A stretch of 64,000 bases of DNA from Candidatus Magasanikiibacteriota bacterium (lineage in GTDB: Bacteria > Patescibacteriota > Patescibacteriia > Magasanikbacterales > GWA2-37-8). The stretch spans positions 407 through 64,406 of the forward strand of contig JBAYIZ010000006.1 of NCBI GenBank assembly GCA_041665405.1. Reading direction: 5' to 3'. Shown in pieces: positions 27,606-36,447 of this stretch. The notes below the pieces were generated by a model, which had not been told where the DNA came from, did not search any database, and worked only from the letters and a program-made list of their open reading frames with translations. Each line of letters begins with the position of its first letter. Position 1 is the stretch's first letter. The position numbers and the translations under genes were made by a program.

Positions 27606-27937
27606 GTAGTTCTTTACTACAATTTATATGTCCACTTATCAGTGGACCAAACCCATCGAACTGCTAAATAGAGAAGGGGATTCACAACTGCTGTACAAAT
27701 ATATTGAAGCGGTAGTGGCGAATCCAAACTTCTTGTCCGGTAACCTCAATCTTTGCGTCAATCTGACCTTTTGTGTCAGAATTACGCCTGAGGTATTACC
27801 TTCAAGCGGTCGGGGGTATCACTGTCTTGGTCTATGACAGCTCATCTATATGGTGACTGCTCTGATCATGTACAGCGCCTATAAGGGCAAGAGCCTTAAA
27901 ACTATGTTTATCGGGTTACTATGCCCTTATTTTTTTA
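27606..27937 (+). ncRNA. candidate about 330-nt noncoding RNA (class not recognised)
   Basis: It is bounded by a consensus promoter and a hairpin (AAGGGCA...TGCCCTT) plus T-run. Local hairpins: AAATTGTAG/CTACAATTT, GTCCAC/GTGGAC, CTGAC/GTCAG. Long-range pairing is possible between GCTGTACA (27690-97) and TGTACAGC (27869-76). The only ORF (69 aa) has no SD. Confidence 0.4.
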
Positions 27938-28004
27938 TAAATATTTTTACTTGACTACATCCGCTAATCTGTTATAATTATCCCATTGAAAATAATTAAT
28001 ATAT

Positions 28005-28391
28005 ATGGCCAAAACGACTTTTAGCAAAGAATTTGTTACAAAAATAAAAACCTTACTACTAAAGGAAAAAGAGACCTTGGAAAAAGAACTAGGTAAATTT
28101 TCTCAAAAAAATAGTCGTGTAGCTGGAGATTATAATAGTAATTTCCCAGAATACGGTGACAAAGACGATGAGAATGCCGCTGAAGTTGCAGAATATGCCA
28201 CTGAACTTCCTTTAGAAGAAAGCTTTGAAAAAACTTTGCGCGATAACATCCAAGCCTTAACGCGCTTGGAAAATGATACTTACGGAATTTGCAAGTATTG
28301 CAAAAAACCAATCGATGAAAAACGATTGCTGGCTCGTCCAACTTCCAACGCTTGTATTACTTGTAAAAAAGCCATCACTCAAGAAATCTAA
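28005..28391 (+). CDS. DksA/TraR-family C4 zinc-finger protein
   Basis: C-terminal CKYCKKPI...CITCK. It has its own TTGACT-16-TATAAT promoter at about 27950-27977. Confidence 0.8.
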   Translation: MAKTTFSKEFVTKIKTLLLKEKETLEKELGKFSQKNSRVAGDYNSNFPEYGDKDDENAAEVAEYATELPLEESFEKTLRDNIQALTRLENDTYGICKYCKKPIDEKRLLARPTSNACITCKKAITQEI

Positions 28392-28392
28392 T

Positions 28393-28839
28393 ATGCAAAC
28401 AAAAGCCCGTCAGTTAATTATTTTTATTGGCGGCTTTTTTTTATTTTGTTTTGACCAAATATTAAAGTATTTTTCTTTACATACTCTCTCTGATGGTCAT
28501 GTGTTCTTCAACTTTTTTGGTTGGGGACCTTTTCAAAACCACGGGGTGGCTTTTAGTTTGCCGCTACCAAATACCCTTACTATAATATTCACTGCACCTA
28601 TAATTATAATTTTGTTGTGGTTTTTGATTAAATATTATTTTATTCCATCAAAACTAAATTTTTTTACAGGTCTGACATTAATTTTTTGGGGGGCTTTATC
28701 AAACCTAATCGACCGTGTTGTTTATCATGCGACCATTGATTATTTTGTGTTTGGAAGAGGGGTTATTAATTTGGCTGACATTCTAATCATTTTGGGTTTC
28801 CTTTTTTATTTATTACCATATAAATTTTTTAAACAATAA
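28393..28839 (+). CDS. lspA: lipoprotein signal peptidase (signal peptidase II)
   Basis: An internal ATG at 28393 gives a 148-aa, 4-TM protein with motifs NHGVAFS and NLIDRVVYHATIDYF. The track start at 28273 overlaps the upstream gene. Confidence 0.85.
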   Translation: MQTKARQLIIFIGGFFLFCFDQILKYFSLHTLSDGHVFFNFFGWGPFQNHGVAFSLPLPNTLTIIFTAPIIIILLWFLIKYYFIPSKLNFFTGLTLIFWGALSNLIDRVVYHATIDYFVFGRGVINLADILIILGFLFYLLPYKFFKQ

Positions 28840-28841
28840 CT

Positions 28842-30350
28842 ATGTTCGTCAAACTTCGGTCGGCGGCTCCAGTGGGGTTGAGCTGTTTGCCGGTGGAGGT
28901 GGAGGTTGACATCAACAAGGGACAAACAAATTTTGGAATAATCGGACTCACAGACACTTCAATCCAAGAGGCAAAAGATAGAATTCATTCGGCTATAAAA
29001 AACTCTGGGTATAAATTCCCTTTTAATTTTCGAATTTTAATTAATCTTGCTCCAGCAAATTTGAACAAAGAGGGGTCGGCTTATGATTTGCCGATGGCCG
29101 TAGGAATTGTGATGGCCAGTATTGGGTCTGAAAAAAATATTTCTGACACACTGATGATTGGTGAACTGGCGCTGGATGGTTCTTTGCGTCCTGTAAATGG
29201 GATTTTACCTATTGCTTTATTTGCCAAAGAAAAAAATATTAAAAACTTAATTGTTCCTTTGGAAAATGCGGATGAGGCTGTGTTGATAGAGGGAGTTTGT
29301 GTTTTGCCAGCAAAAAATTTGAAAGAGGTGGCGCAACATATTTTAGACGAATCTTTGATCGCTCCATATACAAAAACACCGGAAACAGCCAACGAAGAAA
29401 TTTTTAGTCTAGACATGTCACAAGTAAAAGGACAGGAATTCACCAAACGAGCGCTGGAAATAGCGGCCAGTGGGGGACATAATATTTTACTTTCTGGTCC
29501 ACCTGGTTCGGGAAAAACATTGTTAGCTCGCACTCTTCCAACAATTTTGCCCCCTCTTATTGAAAAAGAAATACTAGAAATTACTAAAATATATTCTATC
29601 GCCGGACTGCTTCGTGGTGGATTAATTAAAAAGCGCCCCTTTCGTTCGCCCCATCATTCTATTTCAAACGTGGCTCTGGTGGGTGGCGGAAAATATCCGC
29701 GTCCTGGAGAAATTTCTTTAGCCCATCGTGGGGTTTTGTTTTTGGATGAATTTCCAGAATTTAGCAGAAGTGTTTTGGAGGCCTTGAGACAACCGCTCGA
29801 AGATGGAACTATTTCGATTTCACGTGCACGTGGTAGCCTGCAATTTCCCGCTCAATTTATTTTGGTCGCCAGCCAAAATCCTTGTCCGTGTGGATATGCC
29901 AGCGACCCCGATCAGTTTTGCAATTGTTCTGCATCTACACTTTTAAAATATCAAAAGAAAATTAGCGGACCAATATTGGATCGCATTGATTTACATGTAG
30001 AAGTTCCAAGATTAAAATTTGAAAAACTTTCTTCTAATGAAAGTGGGGAGTTGTCTAGCGACATTCGAAAACGAGTAGAGTCGGCTAGGAAAATTCAGGC
30101 GACTCGTTTTTCAAATTTAAATATTATCACCAACGCAGAAATGGGAAATAATGAAATAAAAAAATTCTGTCAGCTAAATTCTGAATCTATAAATTTATTA
30201 GGTGAAGCGGTAGAAAAAATGCATTTGTCTGCTCGCGCTTATAATAGAATTTTGAAAATCTCGCGAACCATCGCAGACCTAGCAGGTGAACAAAATATTT
30301 CTTTAAACCATCTGGCTGAAGCTCTACAGTTTCGGGTGAAAACTCAATAA
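28842..30350 (+). CDS. comM: YifB/ComM-family Mg-chelatase-like AAA+ ATPase
   Basis: Lon-like N-terminal domain, Walker A GPPGSGKT, FLDEFPEF, and the C-terminal ChlI-C region. Confidence 0.9.
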   Translation: MFVKLRSAAPVGLSCLPVEVEVDINKGQTNFGIIGLTDTSIQEAKDRIHSAIKNSGYKFPFNFRILINLAPANLNKEGSAYDLPMAVGIVMASIGSEKNISDTLMIGELALDGSLRPVNGILPIALFAKEKNIKNLIVPLENADEAVLIEGVCVLPAKNLKEVAQHILDESLIAPYTKTPETANEEIFSLDMSQVKGQEFTKRALEIAASGGHNILLSGPPGSGKTLLARTLPTILPPLIEKEILEITKIYSIAGLLRGGLIKKRPFRSPHHSISNVALVGGGKYPRPGEISLAHRGVLFLDEFPEFSRSVLEALRQPLEDGTISISRARGSLQFPAQFILVASQNPCPCGYASDPDQFCNCSASTLLKYQKKISGPILDRIDLHVEVPRLKFEKLSSNESGELSSDIRKRVESARKIQATRFSNLNIITNAEMGNNEIKKFCQLNSESINLLGEAVEKMHLSARAYNRILKISRTIADLAGEQNISLNHLAEALQFRVKTQ

Positions 30351-30427
30351 CTATTATATTGTTTATTTATAAATACAGAGCGGCCTAAACAAAAAGACAC
30401 TCTCACAAAGGTGTCTTTTTAAATTTA

Positions 30428-30949
30428 TTATATACGATCAATCTTGGCCACCTTTATAGACTTTTCCACAAAATATATTTCTACTGGGGCACGTTTTACT
30501 CCAAACTTTTTTACCTGCGCTATCGGGGCATCCATCCAAATATCCATGCGGCCATAACCATAGCGAGGATTCATACGGTCATCTACCGTGAATACTTTAT
30601 CTCCATAAAGAGCCGGGATTTTAATTTTTGTTCCCAACGGCAACCAGTTGGCCGCCACCATACCGTCATAAACATGTTTCCCAGAAGCGGCTATAAACGG
30701 ATCGCTGTCTGTTTGGTCGGGGGTGCTAGAATAAGCAGTTAAAACGGTCATTACAGTTTTACTTGGAAGTTTGACAATTTGGGCTGGTTGAAATAGTTTA
30801 CCTCCTGAGCTTTCTGTGAACAAAAGCTCTGCCCCGCTATTTTTAGCCAAACTATCAGTTTCTGCAGCAATTACTATTACGGGAAAGACGTTTTGTAAAA
30901 GCAAAGAGGCCAAAACAAGTGTAATTTTGATTGTCTGAATTCTTTTCAT
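30428..30949 (-). CDS. secreted 3D-domain (MltA/RlpA-like double-psi barrel) cell-wall protein
   Basis: Signal peptide, then TPDQTDSDPFIAASGKHV...GTKIKIP...FTVDDRMNPRY...MDIWMD (3D domain aspartates). Confidence 0.75.
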   Translation of the reverse strand: MKRIQTIKITLVLASLLLQNVFPVIVIAAETDSLAKNSGAELLFTESSGGKLFQPAQIVKLPSKTVMTVLTAYSSTPDQTDSDPFIAASGKHVYDGMVAANWLPLGTKIKIPALYGDKVFTVDDRMNPRYGYGRMDIWMDAPIAQVKKFGVKRAPVEIYFVEKSIKVAKIDRI

Positions 30950-31105
30950 CTTGCTTTTTGGCTAACCAAAGCCAGTTTTATGAATAAAAAAAGATACCTT
31001 CGTTGGGTACCCCTCCCTTAATACCGCATTATTGTAGGCCAAAAAGGCAAGTTTGTCAACAACGAAGGGGCGTAGTATAATGTAAGATATAATAATCAAA
31101 AATTC

Positions 31106-33946
31106 ATGCCTATCCAATTCTTAAAAATTAAACACCCATTCAATCGCCGTTTAGACGAAGGCAGAGAACCGGAGAACGGTCGTAAACAAAAACTGGGTGG
31201 CAAAAAACTGTTCTCCTTAATTGGAATAATTGTTCTGGCTAGTTTTATATTAGGGACGATAGCGGTCGTCTGGATTAGCAAAGACCTACCAGACCCAAAC
31301 CGCCTCAGCGACCGCCAGGTTGCTCAAAGCACCAAAATATACGATCGCACTGGCGAACATTTGTTATACGAAGTTTATCAAAACCAAAAAAGAACCTTGG
31401 TTGAACTCGACCAAATGTCTTCGTTTTTGCCAAAGGCGGTGGTATCGGTGGAAGATAAAAAATTTTATGAACACAGTGGTATCCGTGTAGTCAGTATTAT
31501 ACGTGCTGGTTTTAACAATTTGATTGGACGAAAGTCTGGGTCTGGGGGGGCATCCACTCTCACTCAACAGTTGATAAAAATAACTATGGTGGGTGATGAA
31601 CGTTCTATTTTTAGAAAAATCAAAGAAGCGGTTTTGGCTTTGCGTTTAGAAAAAAAATATACCAAAGACGAAATCATCAAAATGTATTTAAACGAAATAC
31701 CTTTTGGGTCAACTAATTATGGTGTTGAATCGGCCAGCCAGAGTTATTTTCATAAAAAAGCAAAAGATATCAGTTTGTCCGAATCGGCCACACTGGCGGC
31801 TCTGATTCAAGCCCCCAGTAGATATTTAAACGACATCAACACTTTGCGCAACCGCCGTGACACTATTTTACGTTTAATGAATGAACAAGGATATATTACA
31901 CTAGAAGAAAAAACCCAAGCCCAAAATGAAGCGTTAAGAATATACCGAAGTGGAGGAATTATGGATGCTCCTCATTTTGTATTATATGTAAAACAACTTT
32001 TGGCCGATCAGTTTGGAGAAAAAATAGTTGATGACGGCGGTTTAAAAGTTATTACCACAATTGATTATGAAAAACAAAAGGCGGCTGAAAAAATAGTAAA
32101 AGAAAATGGAGACAAGTTTGCCAAACAATATAATGCCAACAATGCTGCATTGGTAGCTCTCGATCCTAAAACAGGACAAATTTTGGCCATGGTCGGTTCT
32201 CGTGATTTTGAAAACGAAGAAATCGATGGGCAGTTTAATGTGGCCATACTAGGAAAACGCCAGCCGGGCTCATCCTTTAAACCATTTGTTTATGCCGCCG
32301 CTTTTGAAAAAGGATTTACTCCAGACACAGTTGTCTATGACACGGTGACTAATTTTGATCTTGGTGTCGGTGGTAATTACACACCAAAAAACTATGACGG
32401 CAAAGAACACGGGCTAGTTACTTTCCGAAAATCTCTACAAGGTTCTCTAAACATTCCTGCCGTAAAAGCATTATATTTGGTTGGAACAAATGAAACAATA
32501 GAATTTGCCAAACGGTTTGGTTACACAACCTTTACCGGCAACCCAGGACTAACTTTGGTTTTGGGTGGTGCTGAGGTGAATTTGCTTGAACACACCAATG
32601 CTTATGCCACTTTGGCTGACAATGGAGTCTACCACACTCCTGTAAGTATCCTGAAAGTTACCGATCCAAAAGAAAATGTCCTAGTAGAATGGAAAGAAAA
32701 TTCTGGTTCGGAAGCGATAAAACCAGAGCTCGCTGCCACTGTTTCAAACATACTTTCAGATGATCTGGCTCGTGCCTATATGTTTGGTAGAAATGGTTCG
32801 CTCACTTTGCCTGGCAGACCAGTCGCGGCCAAAACTGGTACTACCAATGATTATAAAGATGCCTGGACACTGGGGTATACTCCTTCGCTTGCCGCGGGTG
32901 TTTGGGTGGGAAATACTACTCCCTCAACAATGAAGGGCGGTGGAAATACTTTGGCTGGCCTTATTTGGAATCAATTTATGCGTGAGTCCACAAAAAATAC
33001 TCCTGTAGAAACTTTTCCAATTCCACCAGCAAACGATGCCACCAAACCAGTTCTACGCGGCGCCGATGGTGGAATTAAATTAAAAATAAATACTGTCAGC
33101 GGACGCATTGCTACCCCTTCTACTCCTTCTGCTTTGATTGTCGAAAAAACATATTTGCCACCGCATGACATTTTATATTATGTAAATAAAGACGATCCTC
33201 GTGGACCCGCGCTTATAAATCCTTTCTCAGACCCTCAATATCAAAACTGGGAAAATTCCTTAGCCGACTGGGTACAAAGAGAAAATAATGCTGGGCGCGA
33301 AGTGTCTTTTGAAGAACCTCCGACTGAATACGACGATGTAAATTATAGCCCTGAACTAATACCCCAAGTACAAATTATTTCACCCACTTCTAATGAAATC
33401 ATAAATGGCCGACAAATTGATATTGAAATAAAAGCCACTGCCCCCCGGGGAATAAAGCAGGTGTTTTACACCATAGACAAAGAACAGATTGGATCTAGTG
33501 AACAATTTCCTTTTAGCTTTTCCTATACACTTACAAAACTTTATTCTGAGCAACATGTTTTAAAGGTGTCCGCCATAGACGACCAGGGTAATGCCGGTCA
33601 AGCACAGGTGGTTTTTTTGACTAACACCCCTTATGACCCAGCTACTTTTAGTTGGACAGAAGAAGCTGGTATCAAGTTGGTAAAAGAAGATTTTCCACGA
33701 ACAATCCAAATCAAGCCGGTTCGTTGGGATGATATTAAAAATATCAAAATTCAACTTATCAACTCCAAAGGGGTGACAAAAAATATTTTTGATTTTAACC
33801 ACAAAGAAGATTCTTTGACCGACACTGGATTGCTCGAGTTTGTCTGGAAAACCTATCCTGGTGTCGGACAATACACACTCAAAGCAACCTTGTTAAACAA
33901 TGGGGGACAGACTGAAGAAAAAAGCATTATGGTTGAAATAAAATAA
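31106..33946 (+). CDS. bifunctional class A penicillin-binding protein (glycosyltransferase/transpeptidase) with C-terminal Ig-like domains
   Basis: GT51 motifs EDKKFYEHSG and GASTLTQQL. Transpeptidase motifs SSFKP, SLN, KTGT. Confidence 0.93.
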   Translation: MPIQFLKIKHPFNRRLDEGREPENGRKQKLGGKKLFSLIGIIVLASFILGTIAVVWISKDLPDPNRLSDRQVAQSTKIYDRTGEHLLYEVYQNQKRTLVELDQMSSFLPKAVVSVEDKKFYEHSGIRVVSIIRAGFNNLIGRKSGSGGASTLTQQLIKITMVGDERSIFRKIKEAVLALRLEKKYTKDEIIKMYLNEIPFGSTNYGVESASQSYFHKKAKDISLSESATLAALIQAPSRYLNDINTLRNRRDTILRLMNEQGYITLEEKTQAQNEALRIYRSGGIMDAPHFVLYVKQLLADQFGEKIVDDGGLKVITTIDYEKQKAAEKIVKENGDKFAKQYNANNAALVALDPKTGQILAMVGSRDFENEEIDGQFNVAILGKRQPGSSFKPFVYAAAFEKGFTPDTVVYDTVTNFDLGVGGNYTPKNYDGKEHGLVTFRKSLQGSLNIPAVKALYLVGTNETIEFAKRFGYTTFTGNPGLTLVLGGAEVNLLEHTNAYATLADNGVYHTPVSILKVTDPKENVLVEWKENSGSEAIKPELAATVSNILSDDLARAYMFGRNGSLTLPGRPVAAKTGTTNDYKDAWTLGYTPSLAAGVWVGNTTPSTMKGGGNTLAGLIWNQFMRESTKNTPVETFPIPPANDATKPVLRGADGGIKLKINTVSGRIATPSTPSALIVEKTYLPPHDILYYVNKDDPRGPALINPFSDPQYQNWENSLADWVQRENNAGREVSFEEPPTEYDDVNYSPELIPQVQIISPTSNEIINGRQIDIEIKATAPRGIKQVFYTIDKEQIGSSEQFPFSFSYTLTKLYSEQHVLKVSAIDDQGNAGQAQVVFLTNTPYDPATFSWTEEAGIKLVKEDFPRTIQIKPVRWDDIKNIKIQLINSKGVTKNIFDFNHKEDSLTDTGLLEFVWKTYPGVGQYTLKATLLNNGGQTEEKSIMVEIK

Positions 33947-33950
33947 AAAT

Positions 33951-33987
33951 AAAAAAAACGCCGCATTTATTCTTGCGGCGTTTTTTT
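33951..33987. terminator. bidirectional intrinsic terminator
   Basis: AAAAAAAACGCCGCA-N8-TGCGGCGTTTTTTT lies between convergent genes. Confidence 0.8.
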
Positions 33988-33990
33988 ATA

Positions 33991-34440
33991 TTATTTTTTT
34001 ATATTATCCAGCACAGTAATCATGGCCAGTGCGGTGTTGGCCGCTTCAACACCACGATTGTCTTTCACTTGAGTAGATCTGTCTATGGCGTCCTGGATAT
34101 CATATACCGCTAATACTTCAAAAATTACAGGAACCTCAAATTCCAAAGACAAATTCATACACGCTCGCGCGCACTCGTTGGCAACTAACTCGAAATGATA
34201 GGTTTTGCCTTTGTGTATAGCCCCAAAGGTGATTATCACATCATAGATGTTTTTCTCGGCCAGCTTTTTTACGGCCAATGGTATTTCAAATGAGCCTGGA
34301 ACTCGAAATATTTCTATTTGGGAAGCTTCCACCCCTTTACGCAACAGGGTTTCAACACAGTGTTTTTCCAAGTTTCCGACAATTTCTTCCCAGAAAGCCC
34401 CACTCACTATTACAATTTTTAGTTCTTTTTCTGCCTTCAT
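33991..34440 (-). CDS. ribH: 6,7-dimethyl-8-ribityllumazine synthase
   Basis: 149 aa. VPGSFEIPLAVKKL and G...HFE...V patterns are typical of RibH. Confidence 0.85.
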   Translation of the reverse strand: MKAEKELKIVIVSGAFWEEIVGNLEKHCVETLLRKGVEASQIEIFRVPGSFEIPLAVKKLAEKNIYDVIITFGAIHKGKTYHFELVANECARACMNLSLEFEVPVIFEVLAVYDIQDAIDRSTQVKDNRGVEAANTALAMITVLDNIKK

Positions 34441-34452
34441 AAAAGATAAAAA

Positions 34453-35034
34453 TTATTTTTCTAAAAACTTTTTTAAATATTTACCCAAAATGTCTGTTTC
34501 AATGTTTATTGAATCGCCAATTTTAATATCATGTAACATTGTCTTTTCCCATGTGAAGGGAATAATTCCAACCGTAAAAAACTTTGTATCTACGGAAATT
34601 ACTGTAAAAGAAATCCCGTTGATTGCGACTGATCCTTTTTTTACCACAAACTCTAAAACGTCACCAGGTGCTTTTATTTTTAACAAATGACTGTTGCCAT
34701 CACTTTCGATGGTTTGAACTGTCCCAACCCCATCCACGTGTCCTTGAACCACATGCCCAGACAAAAACGTGTTTACAGTTGCTGGTAGTTCGAAATTTAC
34801 CGTGTCTTTTATTTTTAATTTACCCAACATGGTTTTTTTCTGAGTTTCTGGCATTATTTCAACCAAAAAACTTTTTTTGCTTGGTTTTTTTACTATCGTC
34901 AAACAAACACCATTGATTGAAACGCTAGTTCCTTTTTTTAGTTTGTTACAAAAACTTTGGTCAGCAGAAAAAACAAACGACACGCCGTTCGTTTTTTCCA
35001 ACTTTCCCAAATTTTCTATAATTCCTGTAAACAT
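34453..35034 (-). CDS. ribE: riboflavin synthase alpha chain
   Basis: MFTGIIE N-terminus, with duplicated lumazine-binding repeats (SINGVCLT / AINGISFT). Confidence 0.9.
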   Translation of the reverse strand: MFTGIIENLGKLEKTNGVSFVFSADQSFCNKLKKGTSVSINGVCLTIVKKPSKKSFLVEIMPETQKKTMLGKLKIKDTVNFELPATVNTFLSGHVVQGHVDGVGTVQTIESDGNSHLLKIKAPGDVLEFVVKKGSVAINGISFTVISVDTKFFTVGIIPFTWEKTMLHDIKIGDSINIETDILGKYLKKFLEK

Positions 35035-35047
35035 AAAGAAAAAAACA

Positions 35048-36172
35048 TTATTGTCTTATCGGCATCACTATATAAACAAAACTGTCGTCGTTGGTTGGTA
35101 CAAAGAGACACGGGCTGTCTGCGTTTATCATTTTCAGCATACTGGTTTCTGATTTAATATTATTTAAACCATCCAAAACATATCGGTGGTTCAACATAAT
35201 AGCATTGTCGTCGCCGTTTGTTTCCGCACTTATTTCAGAACTATATTCACCCGTCTGGGAAGAAGTGGAGGAAAGTTTTACGACGCCTTCTTTACTACTA
35301 ATTATACAAGATATAGCGTTTACACCTATTGTGGTAAACAAACTGGCCATTTTAATTTCTTTACTCATCTTTCCAGTATCAAACATCGCAGATGTTTTGA
35401 ATTCTTTTGGTATAATTTGTGCATAGTCTGGATAATTTCCTTCTACTAAGCGAGAAACTAGTTGAATATTACCGTAGTGCATAGCAATTTGATTCTCTCC
35501 AACTAATATTCTAACGTTTTTTTCTTTTTCTTCATTATCCGCTAACGACAGTATGTGGATTATTTCTTGAGCAGTTCTACCCGGAACAATAATTTTAAAA
35601 TCTCCTTCTCCTTGTTGAATTTTAATTTTCTTTTCAGCCAATCTATAACTATCTGTAGCCGCCAATATTAAACCGGCATAATATGAAGTATTAAATCCAA
35701 AATACATTCCTGATAATTCCGGTCTTATTTCTGATTTAGCCAAAGAGGAAACAGTTTGTCCTAGTCCGCTCTTTAGTTGTTCTGCATCAAACAAAAATCC
35801 ATTTCCATCACTTACAGAAGGAATAACTGGAAATTCGTCAGCTGGTATTCCTTTTATTTTCGTTGATGATTTTCCACAGGTTATAACTAGCTCATTTTCT
35901 TTTAATTCCATTTCAATCTTTTCGTCAGAAAGTAAACTAACAAATTCACTAAGTGTTTTGGAAGGAACTGTAAACGAACCAGATTCATCCACTTTTGATC
36001 TCACGTGAGCAACTATTGCCAATTCTAGATTGGTTGCAATTATTTCTGTTTTTTGATCATCTGCTTTAATCAATATATTTCCCAGTATTGGAAGATTCAC
36101 ATTTTTATTTGCTATCCCTCCTACTATAGAAAGTGCTTTCGATAAATTATCTTTTGTACAAGTTATTTTCAT
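35048..36172 (-). CDS. dnaN: DNA polymerase III beta sliding clamp
   Basis: 374 aa, three-domain clamp pattern, located downstream of dnaA. Confidence 0.92.
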   Translation of the reverse strand: MKITCTKDNLSKALSIVGGIANKNVNLPILGNILIKADDQKTEIIATNLELAIVAHVRSKVDESGSFTVPSKTLSEFVSLLSDEKIEMELKENELVITCGKSSTKIKGIPADEFPVIPSVSDGNGFLFDAEQLKSGLGQTVSSLAKSEIRPELSGMYFGFNTSYYAGLILAATDSYRLAEKKIKIQQGEGDFKIIVPGRTAQEIIHILSLADNEEKEKNVRILVGENQIAMHYGNIQLVSRLVEGNYPDYAQIIPKEFKTSAMFDTGKMSKEIKMASLFTTIGVNAISCIISSKEGVVKLSSTSSQTGEYSSEISAETNGDDNAIMLNHRYVLDGLNNIKSETSMLKMINADSPCLFVPTNDDSFVYIVMPIRQ

Positions 36173-36447
36173 AAAGGATGGTGCGGGTTACATTATTTAA
36201 TTAAGTATATATATAAAATAATAATAGTAATAAGGCTGTGGAAAGGGTTAATAAGTCGTTTTTTGTTTTCAAATTAGCCAAGTTTAAGGTGAATAATTTT
36301 TTAACAGTTTGGTATAAAAGTGTGTGTGAAAAACGATTTATTTAAGTTTATTTATTTTCTGTTGATAAGTGGTTGACTTGTTCTTTTTATATTAACAACT
36401 TATTAACATTCTTTGCACACCATTTAGCGAAGAAAAAAAACCATGTT
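36173..36447. other. oriC candidate, part 1 (dnaA-dnaN spacer): AT-rich unwinding region plus degenerate DnaA boxes
   Basis: 275-nt noncoding spacer. AT-only tract at 36205-36232. TGTTGATAA (36360-68, 8/9 match to TGTGGATAA) and TGTGGAAAG (36237-45). Confidence 0.55.

Noticed and set aside
27628-27837. 69-aa ORF inside the promoter-terminator unit after fusA
   Set aside because: It has no SD, and its start lies inside a hairpin. The sequence is implausible (…NLNLCVNLTFCVRITPEVLPSSGRGYHCLGL). A noncoding RNA reading is favoured, though not proven.
30950-31070. Possible c-di-AMP (ydaO-type) riboswitch upstream of the 3D-domain cell-wall gene
   Set aside because: The leader is only about 100 nt and lacks the paired pseudo-symmetric ACGGGGA/CCCA elements. 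It shows only a short hairpin (TGGCT/AGCCA).
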